Source of the DNA: Desulfomicrobium sp.
GTDB taxonomy: Bacteria > Desulfobacterota > Desulfovibrionia > Desulfovibrionales > Desulfomicrobiaceae
Direction: 5' to 3'
DNA length: 64,000 nucleotides
Assembly: GCA_040768745.1 (NCBI GenBank)
Contig: JAXGMI010000001.1
Span: 192,001 to 256,000, forward strand
How positions within the stretch are numbered: position 1 is the stretch's first letter; each line of letters starts with the position of its first letter. Below, one piece after another: positions 10,087 through 19,575 of this stretch. The translations under genes and the position numbers were made by a program. The notes under the pieces are model-generated. The model was not told where the DNA came from. It saw only the letters and a list, made by a program, of their open reading frames with translations, and ran no database searches.

Positions 10087-11716
10087 ACGTGACCATCTTC
10101 TCGCCGAGATCACGGACAACATCTCCAGAAAGGACGTTATCAAGGCCCGTCTGGTGTTGACCCACCTGCAGCACGTGGACGGCACCGCCCGCGAACAGGT
10201 GCTGGGGGCCTTCAGCACTGCGGACCCGGACTTCGCAGTGCCCGTTCTGGCATGGTTCCTGACCGAACACAGCGACATGGCCCTGAGCCATCCCCGGGTC
10301 CGTGAAATCCTGGCTGCGAAAATCCTGGCCATGCCCGAGCTGGCCTCCCGGGCGATCCGGGATCCCTCGACCCCTCACCGCCGGATCTGCGTCTCCATGG
10401 CCGGAGAACTGCGGCTCACATCGACGGTCCCCGATCTTCTGGAGGCCCTGCGCAAATCCACAGATACGGAAGAAATGCAGCAGATTATCGATGTCCTGGG
10501 AGACTTGGGAGACGACCGAGGCACCGATGCCCTCGGTGACGTACTCTGCTCCCACCACCGAGGCCTGGTCATCAGCGCCATCAGTGCTCTCGGCAAGATC
10601 GGCACGTCCACGGCCATGCTCCGCCTCGGCGAACGTATGGGCTCCGACAGCCAACTGGACCTGCTGGCCCTGAACGTTTTCGCCAAGGTCCAGGACTCCA
10701 TCTCCCTGGAAAACCTCAACGCAAGCATGCGTTCGCAGTTTGTCCACGTGCGCACCTGCGCCAAAAAAAACCTGCTCCACATCGGGTCAAAGGCTGTGCC
10801 CATGCTGGCCGAGAACCTCTGCTCCGGGGATCCGGACGTGCAGATCCACAGCCTGAACGTCCTCGGAGACATCGGGGATCCGGCCGCCATAGCCCCTATC
10901 CGCAAGCTCCTGCACAGCCACCCTGAGAATCCCAACGTCCGCTTTGCCGCCTATGAGGCGCTGGGCCTTTTACCCCTGAACAGGGAAGCATTTGTCCTGA
11001 CCCGGGGCCTGAGCGACCCTGTGGAGCACGTCTGCATCGCAGCGGCCAGGGCCATCGACCGCAACCTCAACGGGATCATGCACGCAGGGATCAAAAACCT
11101 GGCCCTGGACCGCAAGGAGGATGCACACAGAATCCTGCGGGCGGTCATCCAGGCCCAGGCCGCGAACCTTTTCCTGAGCCTTGTGTCCGAGAAGAAACTC
11201 CAGGAGACAGCCCGCGATCTGCTGTCCAGGGCCCATCCGGATATTCGAGTTTTTTTTCACGGTATCCTGCGCACCCATGGCCATGCTGAACTGCTCACGC
11301 AGCTCCTGACCCCAGTCCCGGAATGCCGAGCCCGGAAACGGGTCTGCGCTGTGGACGATTCGCGGATGATCCTGAACATCTACAAGTCTACCCTGCATGA
11401 ACTGGGCTACGATTCCTTGCTGTTCGAGTTTCCGGCCAGGGCACTGGAATGGATGGGCGCGGAAAAACCTGATATTGTCCTTACGGATCTGAACATGCCC
11501 GACATCAGCGGCATCGAGCTTTGCCGACAGATCCGCGCCCGATACGGCAAGACCGAGCTGCCGGTTATCATGGTCACCACCCAGAACGGGTTCAACGACA
11601 ACGAGGCCGCGTTCGCGGCCGGCGTGAATGAAATTCTCCAGAAGCCCTTCACTCGCCGGGCCCTGCATGAAGCCATCAAAAGACACCTCGATCAGCCCGC
11701 CGAAAAGGACCGGTGA
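10079..11716 (+). CDS. HEAT-repeat protein with C-terminal receiver domain
   Basis: Repeated 'VLGDLGD/ALGKIG/VLGDIGD/VRFAAYEALG' helices, then AVDDS..TDLNMP..MVTT..QKPF receiver motifs. Confidence 0.85.
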   Translation: MSERDHLLAEITDNISRKDVIKARLVLTHLQHVDGTAREQVLGAFSTADPDFAVPVLAWFLTEHSDMALSHPRVREILAAKILAMPELASRAIRDPSTPHRRICVSMAGELRLTSTVPDLLEALRKSTDTEEMQQIIDVLGDLGDDRGTDALGDVLCSHHRGLVISAISALGKIGTSTAMLRLGERMGSDSQLDLLALNVFAKVQDSISLENLNASMRSQFVHVRTCAKKNLLHIGSKAVPMLAENLCSGDPDVQIHSLNVLGDIGDPAAIAPIRKLLHSHPENPNVRFAAYEALGLLPLNREAFVLTRGLSDPVEHVCIAAARAIDRNLNGIMHAGIKNLALDRKEDAHRILRAVIQAQAANLFLSLVSEKKLQETARDLLSRAHPDIRVFFHGILRTHGHAELLTQLLTPVPECRARKRVCAVDDSRMILNIYKSTLHELGYDSLLFEFPARALEWMGAEKPDIVLTDLNMPDISGIELCRQIRARYGKTELPVIMVTTQNGFNDNEAAFAAGVNEILQKPFTRRALHEAIKRHLDQPAEKDR

Positions 11717-11785
11717 TCGGTTCCGCCACCTCGTTTGCTCTGGCTTGCCGACCCGGCCCTGAACCTTTTTTCCCCGGGATTCAAC

Positions 11786-11815
11786 AAAAAAACGCCCCGT
11801 CGAGCAGGGCGTTTT
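11786..11815. terminator. probable bidirectional terminator
   Basis: AAAACGCCC-cgtcgagca-GGGCGTTTT between convergent genes. Confidence 0.65.
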
Positions 11816-11838
11816 GCGGGTCCTTCGCAGGAATGAAA

Positions 11839-13092
11839 CTAGAACTTGTATCCCACGGACAAACCGACCATGTGCGCGTCGGCACTGTCGATCTCCCCTT
11901 CATAAACCCCGTCCTGTGGACGGGCGTCGATATCGCGGTCCATGATCATCAGGTACGTATAACTCAGGTCCACCACCCAATTATCCCAGTGGAAGCCCAG
12001 GCCGCCGTTCACAAGGTGGCGGTCGTTGGCCGGAACCATGTAGTCGATGGTGTCGTCCTGCAGAGGCGACTGGTCGAACACGTACCCCACGCGCAGGTCC
12101 AGCCAGTCCAGGGCGGCATATTCAACACCGATGTTGAAACGCCACACGTCATCCCAGTTTTTGGGCTGGGTGGTCTGATCCAGTAGCCCCACTCCTGGCT
12201 TGTAAATGACCGGATCGCCGAAGTTTATTTCCAACTCGTCGTACTTGCTCCATAAGGTGTACACTGCGCCGATCTCGACACTCAATTTTTCCATGGGATA
12301 CATGGCCACGCCGAATGCAAAGGAGTCGGGCAAGGTCACTGTCCCGCTGGCAGTGGTGTCACGGAACGCGCCCATGCCTTGAAGTCGGGCAGGAATGTCA
12401 GAGAAGTCAGCGTCGCCGGTGACTTTCATGGTCACGGGGCTGCGATACGACAGGCCGAGTTTGGCATACTGGCACGGCTGGTAGTGCAGGGCCATGTTGA
12501 AGCCGTAGCCCATCCCGTCAGCGTCAAGGTGCAGGTCGCCTTCAGGGAACGGATTCAAAGGAAGCTTCTGTTTTTTTGAAAAGTTCAGGTACATGGCATC
12601 CACGCCAAAGGCCGCGGACAGGCTGTCCGTAACCTTGACCGCCACGTTGGGATTGATGGACATGGATTCGATAATGGCTTCGTAGGAGTTGAATCTTCCC
12701 GGCCAATCATCGTCGAAGACGGAACCCAGACCGAAGCGTGAAAAGGTGCCCAGGCCGATGCTGTAGCGGTCGTTGATCTTCCACGTGGCATAGAAATGCG
12801 GTGGGAGCCAGAGGGAGTCTTCGTCCGACGTGGTCCATTCATCGCCCGTCCTGACGTCCAAAACAGGATGGATGGCCGTGAATCCGCCCAGGACCTGCAC
12901 GCCGTCCAACTGGGTGATGCCGGCCGGATTGGATGCCAGGGCGGAAGGATCGTCAGCCCGGCCCACGGTGGCTCCGCCCAGGGCATTGCCGCGAGCGCTC
13001 CACTCGTAAATTGCAAACCCGGCCGCCGAGCACAATTGTGCCGAGACAAGCACCACGCACACCGCGAGAGCCCATGTTTTGAAAGTTCGCAT
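11839..13092 (-). CDS. fadL: OmpP1/FadL family outer-membrane transporter
   Basis: Signal peptide, AGFAIYEWSA, DDPSALASNPAG and terminal YKF. Confidence 0.9.
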   Translation of the reverse strand: MRTFKTWALAVCVVLVSAQLCSAAGFAIYEWSARGNALGGATVGRADDPSALASNPAGITQLDGVQVLGGFTAIHPVLDVRTGDEWTTSDEDSLWLPPHFYATWKINDRYSIGLGTFSRFGLGSVFDDDWPGRFNSYEAIIESMSINPNVAVKVTDSLSAAFGVDAMYLNFSKKQKLPLNPFPEGDLHLDADGMGYGFNMALHYQPCQYAKLGLSYRSPVTMKVTGDADFSDIPARLQGMGAFRDTTASGTVTLPDSFAFGVAMYPMEKLSVEIGAVYTLWSKYDELEINFGDPVIYKPGVGLLDQTTQPKNWDDVWRFNIGVEYAALDWLDLRVGYVFDQSPLQDDTIDYMVPANDRHLVNGGLGFHWDNWVVDLSYTYLMIMDRDIDARPQDGVYEGEIDSADAHMVGLSVGYKF

Positions 13093-13351
13093 TCAACCCC
13101 CCTTTTTCTGCGAATGAAGTCCTCGGATCATTTCCTGAGCAGACACTCAACTTCTCTTCCCGAGCTGAGCTAAATGAAGAAAGCAAAAGCGTCAAGACCG
13201 GAATAATAGATCATGAGGTCAAGATATTATGAGTCTTCTATCAAGCGGAAACGAAAAATTGAGCGGAGACACAAAGAGCAAGAAAATGGTGGACGCAGGA
13301 GATCCCGATGGATAAGAGAGCCGAAAAACGTTCGGAGGTTCGGCCAGGGTC

Positions 13352-13960
13352 ATGGGAAACAAAGAACGTATCCTGGAAACAGCCAAAAAACTCTTCGGCG
13401 AACTGGGGTATGCTGAAACAACCTACAAACGCATTGCCCAGGAAGCGGGCATTGCCGACGGACTCATCGCCCACCACTACGGGAGCAAGGAAAACCTGTT
13501 CCAGTTGGTGGAGATCGGCATTCTTGGGGATCTGCTGCGGAAAATTGACGAAAGCCTGTACTATTCCTCCAATGGCCTTACCAGCACTCTCAATTTCGCC
13601 AAATGCATCCTCAGGGAGTCTGTCAACCCGTCCTCTGACTTTCTGACCTTGCTGCGCTGCTCCCCCTTTCTGGCCAACACGATCAATGCAGACAACTCAG
13701 AAATCCTGAATGTCTGCGCGCAGGTTGTGGACAAGATGCTTGCCTGCCTCGAGCAGGGCATCAACGACGGCTCCATCCGCTCTGATCTTGAGCCTAACCT
13801 GGCGGCCAGTGTCATCTTCTCCACGGTCTTCGGCTCCACCAGGGCACGGCTGCTGGCCAGTGAAAACATCCTGGGCCTGCGCTTTTCCGAGGATTTTTAC
13901 CCCGAAATTCTCAGCATCCTGACCAGATATCTGGAGCCCAGCTCAAAATCCCAAGCCTAA
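13352..13960 (+). CDS. TetR/AcrR family regulator
   Basis: KERILETAKKLFGELGYAETT..IAQEAGI..HHYGSKENL helix-turn-helix. Confidence 0.92.
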   Translation: MGNKERILETAKKLFGELGYAETTYKRIAQEAGIADGLIAHHYGSKENLFQLVEIGILGDLLRKIDESLYYSSNGLTSTLNFAKCILRESVNPSSDFLTLLRCSPFLANTINADNSEILNVCAQVVDKMLACLEQGINDGSIRSDLEPNLAASVIFSTVFGSTRARLLASENILGLRFSEDFYPEILSILTRYLEPSSKSQA

Positions 13961-14052
13961 ACGTCCTTGTCCTTGTCGGAACCCCCGGCAATCATGGCGT
14001 ATGCCACCAGACATCCCAGCACGAATCCCCCCAGAGTGACCCACCAGATCAT
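13957..14052 (-). CDS. 31-aa single-TM small protein (not in ORF track)
   Basis: MIWWVTLGGFVLGCLVAYAMIAGGSDKDKDV*. AGGAG 5 nt before ATG, starting 18 nt after the lptG stop. Confidence 0.65.
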   Translation of the reverse strand: MIWWVTLGGFVLGCLVAYAMIAGGSDKDKDV

Positions 14053-14070
14053 CGAATCTCCTGCAGCATG

Positions 14071-15153
14071 CTAATTGAGATGAGCGGAGCGCCCGAGAAC
14101 CACGCGGCTCCCTGACAGCAACGCGAAGAAAATGTTGGCCGCCCAGGCGGCCAATACCGGAGGGATGAGGCCCTTCTCCCCTGCGGATACACAGAGCACG
14201 AAAACGCCATGGTAACAGAATGTGATCAGCAGACCCAGTGGGACGACCGCATAGAGGGACCCAAAGAGGGTGACCAGGGCCAGCCCAACCAGGGCCATGA
14301 TCAGGACCGCGAAGGCATAGGCTATTTTCATGTGCCATGCAGTCAAAAGCCGTTCGATGTTGGAACCGGATTCTTGCAAGCGATCTATTTCCCGACCGAG
14401 CTGCCAGAAGGGCAGGGATTCGAGCTTGGCCTTGGGATCAATGACCAGGAAGCTTTGCACATCCGTGCGCAGATCCAGAAGCATGGCCTCGACCTCCACC
14501 GACGAAAACGCCTTTGGATCGATTTTCGTCACGGCCTGCAAAGCCCAACCTTTCTCCGTGGCGTTGAAATTCCTGGCCCGGATGACTTCCTGCACGACCC
14601 CGCCATTTTGCGGATCAAAGACATACACCGTCAGGTTGGTCCCTGTTTTCTCGGCCGGAGTGACTCCGGCCATATGCACGATCTGATTGCCTTCCCGGAA
14701 CCAGATATCCGTAAGACGACGGGAGGACGCCTGTCTGTTCCGCACCTCCTCGGTCCAGATCCGTTCCGCCGCCTTGTGCCCCCCTGCACCCAATCCTTCG
14801 GAAAACAGGAACTGCACCGCGCAGAGGATCAGTGCATAGCCCAGGATGGTGTTGCACACCCTGCCCAGGGATACGGAGCACGCCTCCAAGGCCAGGAGCT
14901 CACGATTGCGGAGCATGAGGCCCAGCTGGACCAAAAGGGCCAGCAAAAAGACGGCCGGAAAGATCTGGGCCAGGATGAACGGAAGGCGATAGGCATAATA
15001 GGCGGCAATGACTCCAAGCCCCACGCCGGCTTCGAGAAAATCATCCAGGCGATCGAACAGGTCGATGAACACGTAGACCCCGAGGCCCACCCCACACAGG
15101 AGAAAGAGCAGAAACAGATTCTGGCGCAGGATGTAGCGTGACAGGAGGGTCAT
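14071..15153 (-). CDS. lptG: LPS export ABC permease LptG
   Basis: MTLLSRYI, 'RELLALEACSVS', 6-TM layout and 'IPPVLAAWAANIFF'. Overlaps the lptF stop. Confidence 0.88.
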   Translation of the reverse strand: MTLLSRYILRQNLFLLFLLCGVGLGVYVFIDLFDRLDDFLEAGVGLGVIAAYYAYRLPFILAQIFPAVFLLALLVQLGLMLRNRELLALEACSVSLGRVCNTILGYALILCAVQFLFSEGLGAGGHKAAERIWTEEVRNRQASSRRLTDIWFREGNQIVHMAGVTPAEKTGTNLTVYVFDPQNGGVVQEVIRARNFNATEKGWALQAVTKIDPKAFSSVEVEAMLLDLRTDVQSFLVIDPKAKLESLPFWQLGREIDRLQESGSNIERLLTAWHMKIAYAFAVLIMALVGLALVTLFGSLYAVVPLGLLITFCYHGVFVLCVSAGEKGLIPPVLAAWAANIFFALLSGSRVVLGRSAHLN

Positions 15154-16322
15154 GACCGGGGTCTCCCTGATGGACGGAAAAGGCCTCCGAGCATGGACCA
15201 CACGTCTGATTCCCGCTCACGAATCACCCCCCACAACCCGGCTCCTCCCACCGCCAAAAAAAGGGCATTGGGCATCCACAACGCCACCGCCGGGCTGATC
15301 ACACCGCTTTCAGCCAGAGACATGCCTGCGGACAGCATGACGTAGTAGGCGAAAAAAGCGCCGAGGCAGAACAGAAGCCCGTACTGTCGCTTCATGCCCT
15401 GAAAAAACAGCGCCAGGGGCAGGGCAAAAACTCCCAGAACCATGCAGGCGGCAGGCAGAGCGAATCGCTTGTGCACTTCGATCTGAACCCGGCGCTGGAA
15501 ATTGAGTTTTTCCTGATCCAGGGATTTAGAAATCAAAGAACGTAAATCCCTCCAGGACATTTCCTTGGGTGCCTTGTCCCCGATTTTGAACCCTCCGAGC
15601 AAACGGCTCATGTCCAGAGAAAGGATGTAGCGATCGAAACCAACCACCGAGAGTTCCCCTTCTTCCTCCCTGTACACGTGTCCGTTTTCAAGAAGCACCA
15701 AGACCTGTCCTGCGTTGGGATCGGAATCGATGCGGCCTCTGGGCGCGACGATGGTGGCCTGCGCATTGGGCCTCGAACTGTCCAGGACGAACACGTCCTG
15801 GAGATCCCCGCTGACCGGGTCCGACTGGCGGGCAAAAAACGTCAGGCCCGGAAAGGACGTGTTGAAAACGCCAGGCTGGACATTGACTGCAGTCTTGTGC
15901 CGGGCCAATTCGACCACGGTCTGGCGGAAGTTGTCCATGCCCCAGGAAATGCCGGCCAGGGAAGTCCACAAGGTCAGTCCAGTGCCCAACAGGCAAAGGA
16001 CCAAAGGCGCTGGCAGCAGCGCGCCGGCCCCAATCCCTCCGGCCCGCAGGGAGAGGAGCTCCCGGTCCGCGCCCATGCGCAGAAAGGTCAGAAAAAGACC
16101 CAGCATGCACGAAACCGGGATGAGCAGGATGAGAAAAAAAGGGGTCAGAAAAACGAACAGCTTGCCCATGTCCAGCAGGGTCACTCCCTGGGTCAGAAAG
16201 AGCTCCCGCAGCTGCAGCAGGCGGCCCAGCAGGATGAGGCAGAGAAAACCGCACAGACAGATGCCCGCGATCTGTGTCATCTCGCGGAACAGCTCCCGTT
16301 GCAGGAGGGGGATGCGGATCAC
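15150..16322 (-). CDS. lptF: LPS export ABC permease LptF
   Basis: RMGADRELLSLRAGG, QPGVFN, EVHKRFALP and ALWMPN. Confidence 0.9.
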   Translation of the reverse strand: MIRIPLLQRELFREMTQIAGICLCGFLCLILLGRLLQLRELFLTQGVTLLDMGKLFVFLTPFFLILLIPVSCMLGLFLTFLRMGADRELLSLRAGGIGAGALLPAPLVLCLLGTGLTLWTSLAGISWGMDNFRQTVVELARHKTAVNVQPGVFNTSFPGLTFFARQSDPVSGDLQDVFVLDSSRPNAQATIVAPRGRIDSDPNAGQVLVLLENGHVYREEEGELSVVGFDRYILSLDMSRLLGGFKIGDKAPKEMSWRDLRSLISKSLDQEKLNFQRRVQIEVHKRFALPAACMVLGVFALPLALFFQGMKRQYGLLFCLGAFFAYYVMLSAGMSLAESGVISPAVALWMPNALFLAVGGAGLWGVIRERESDVWSMLGGLFRPSGRPRS

Positions 16323-16501
16323 CTGCGGCTGGCCTCGTCACTGTAGAACTTGGCCAGGGCCAATTCCTCTACGGGGGTCATATTGAACCTGGATCCGGCC
16401 TCGGCCATGAGATCCTTCAGGGCCTTCCCGTCGCGTCGATGTTCCTCGATCCAGGCAATGGCGTTCCGCAGATTCCTGTCTGTGGGCATTATGGTGGTCA
16501 T
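16319..16501 (-). CDS. small hypothetical protein (60 aa)
   Basis: MTTIMPTDRNLRNAIAWIEE... with GAGGAG RBS. Its stop overlaps the lptF start. Confidence 0.75.
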   Translation of the reverse strand: MTTIMPTDRNLRNAIAWIEEHRRDGKALKDLMAEAGSRFNMTPVEELALAKFYSDEASRR

Positions 16502-16573
16502 GATGTACTCCTCGGGTTGGTTTGCGCCGAGAAGGCCATACCGGAAAGGTCGTCGGGACACAATGTCGCCAAT

Positions 16574-18933
16574 TCAGTGCATCCTGGTCCTGGCCGTTTC
16601 GATCCGCATCTCCTGGGGCTCGCGCCATACAAAACGGATCGCGCCGTGTTCGGCTGTGGTCATGACCGTGGCCCCCGATGCGACACATTCCCGGACCACC
16701 TCGGGATGCGGAAACCCGAACCGGTTTCCCGGGCCGCAGGCCGCTACGGCCCATGACGCCCCAACCCGCCGGTACAGGCCGGGATGCAGGCTGGATCTGG
16801 ATCCATGGTGCGGCAAAACAAGAACCGAACAATCCAGATCCTGTCCGCCTCGCAGAACACTCTCGATGGCCTGCTGCTCCGCATCCCCAGGCAAGAGGGC
16901 CAACCCCACGCCCCTCCACACCAGACGCAGCACCAGGGACGTCTCGTTCCCAGAAATACCGCTGCTCCGGGCTCCCGGGTACAGGACGTCAAACCAGAGG
17001 TCCGGCTCCACCGTCACCCGGTCTCCTGTGCGCAGGACCCTTGCCGGCCACGCGGCTGAAGCCAGTTTCTGCTGCAGCCTCCGGCTATCCGCAGAATGAT
17101 CCGCAAGACCGCTCCAGCCGAACCAACCAAGGTCAAATGCCTCCAGGATGTAAAAAAGGCCACGCGCATGGTCCGCATCCACATGGGAGAGAATGGCTCC
17201 ATCCACCTCCGGCGCATGGTTCCAGGCCAATGCGGGTCCGACCAGTGCACGGCCAGGATCGTACTCCGTGCTCCAGGCCCCACCGCCATCGACCAGGACA
17301 GTGCGGCCAGAAGCAGTGCGGACAAACACGGCTTGGCTCATGCCTGTATCCAGGACGGTCATCTCCACCCCTGCGCGTAAACCATCCAGGACCTGCCCCA
17401 GGGCGGGCAGGACCAGAAGGCCGAGGCCAAGACACAAAAAGGTCATGCCCTTGCGCCATGGCCGCCCTCGGGTCAGCAGAACGCCGCCCGCAACCAGCAC
17501 AGTCCAGTATCCGGCAACCTGGAGTCCTTGCGGTCTGAGTACTGCCGTGGCCTGCAGTCCTCCGTGCAGGTCCAAAAAAGTCAGCCCGCGGTCCAGGATT
17601 TCCACCAAACTTCCGGCCAGCATAAAACACCAGCTGGCGAGTCGTTCAGAAAGGGGCAGGCCGGTCAGGCCCAGAAACGAAAGGGGAAGGACAGCCAGGC
17701 TCAGCATGGGCAACCAGAGAAGATTCAACCACAAATGGGGAGTCACTTCCCCGAAATTATGAACCAGCAGCGGCAGTATGAAGAGATTCGCACAGAGGCT
17801 GGCCAGTCCCAGCATGAGCCAGGCGTGCAGCACGTTCCAAGGTAGGCTCTTTTGCCCAAGGGGGCCAACCGCGCAGCACAGGTGGGAAGAAAACAAATGA
17901 TCCCGGCCACGGCCAGTACAGAGAGCTGCAGGGACAGGTCATGCACGGACACAGGGTCGGTCATCACCAGGGCTCCAACGGCCAGGAACAGGGAATCCTG
18001 GGCCTGTGGCCTCGTTCCAACTGCCTGATGGAGGAGCAAGACAAAAAGCATCAGGGCTGCGCGCATGAGCGAGGGACTTCCGCCGCCCAGCCACAGGTAG
18101 GCCAGAATCATGGGCAGGGCCAGTAGGTTGCCCAGTTTCTGCCGAGGAACGCGCAGCAGAAGCGCCGGTGCAAGGGCTCCGGCCACCCAGGCCGCCCCAT
18201 GGCCAAAGCCTGCTACCAGGCTCAAATGCAGCCCGGACAGGGCCAGACTGTGCGACAGGCCAGCCCTGCGGATACGGTCCATGAATGTCGTATCCAACAG
18301 GTATCTGTCCCCGAAAAGCAGAGCCCGGATCACCGCACCGCCAGCACCTGCCGGAGCCAAAGTCGACACCCTGGACATCAAACTGCTCCGCAGGGAAGGC
18401 TGCACAGCGCTCCAGCGTATGTCAGCAGCCCCGCGCGAGAAGGTCCGGTATCCCACCCCCAGGCGCTTCCAGCGCTCTTCACTGGAAGGCAGGCCGAAAT
18501 TGAACCGGCTGTGCAGTTTTCGGATCCGCAGGTTCGCCTCGAATTGCTGCCCTGCTTCCGGGGTGCATTCAGAACCCTCCAAGGTCCAGAGCAGCCGGCG
18601 CGGCAGGGTTTCACCGGATTCGACATTCCTGACGGCGCTGGCCACAATGGTCACTCTCCGCCCTGGCGAGGGGCGCACTTCGTCCACTCTGCCCTGCACC
18701 CGCACATCCTGTTCCCAATCCGGCAACTCCGGATGGGATTCGGAACCTATGCCCACAGCCACGCCCAGGCCCAGGCACAGGGACATGGCAAGCAGTTCCC
18801 TGGCCCGGACAAAAGCCAGCAGGCAGAGGGCAAAGATGAGAACAGGCAACCAGGGATTGCCCGCGGCAAAAAGTCCGCAGATGTATGCGGCAAGTCCTTT
18901 CTGCCACTGCGTCAAGGGGATGGGTCCGGCCAT
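16574..18933 (-). CDS. comEC: ComEC/Rec2 DNA uptake protein (apparent frameshift ~17850)
   Basis: AGLSHSLALSGLHL competence domain in one frame. Metallo-beta-lactamase LSHVDADHARG and LPHHGS in the next frame. Start uncertain. Confidence 0.88.
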
Positions 18934-19138
18934 GAATGGCCATGTGCTGGGTCTGTTCGGGATATCAGCCTCCTCGTGCACCCCTAGCACATCCACCCTG
19001 TTGTGTCATGCCTGGACCCAATGTCCTACAGCCAATGAATGACGAAGAAGAACATTGCCTCCCCGGCCTATCTCGGGCTATGCAGGTGAGCAGGTCCCTG
19101 ATTCGAGAAATGCCCGCAATTTGATTTCAAGGAGTGTC

Positions 19139-19558
19139 ATGGAAGAGTTGTCCGTGCTGCTGGTAGACGATGAGGAGGATTTCCTGCGCACCATCATCAA
19201 ACGTTTGTCCAAACGCGGCGTCAAGGCCCAGGGCGCTTCCCGGGGTGAGCAGGCTCTGGCCATGCTGGCCGAGGAACCGCGTGACGTGGTTGTCCTGGAT
19301 GTGAAAATGCCCGGGATGGACGGCATCGAAGTGCTGAAACGCATCAAGGCGGAGTGGCCGACCACCGAAGTCATCATGCTGACCGGTCACGCCAGTATCG
19401 ATGCGGCCATGGAGGGCATGGACTGCGGCGCTTTCGATTACCTGATGAAGCCGGCAGACCTGGAAGATCTGCTCTATAAACTCGAAGACGCCTTCCGCAA
19501 GAAAACCCTCAACGAACGGCGTCAGGGGCAATCCAACACCAGCGGCGACCACAGCTAG
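19139..19558 (+). CDS. single-domain response regulator
   Basis: VLLVDDE, LDVKMPGMDG, MLTGH and DYLMKP. AAGGAG RBS. Confidence 0.92.
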   Translation: MEELSVLLVDDEEDFLRTIIKRLSKRGVKAQGASRGEQALAMLAEEPRDVVVLDVKMPGMDGIEVLKRIKAEWPTTEVIMLTGHASIDAAMEGMDCGAFDYLMKPADLEDLLYKLEDAFRKKTLNERRQGQSNTSGDHS

Positions 19559-19575
19559 AGTTTGCACAAGGGTAT

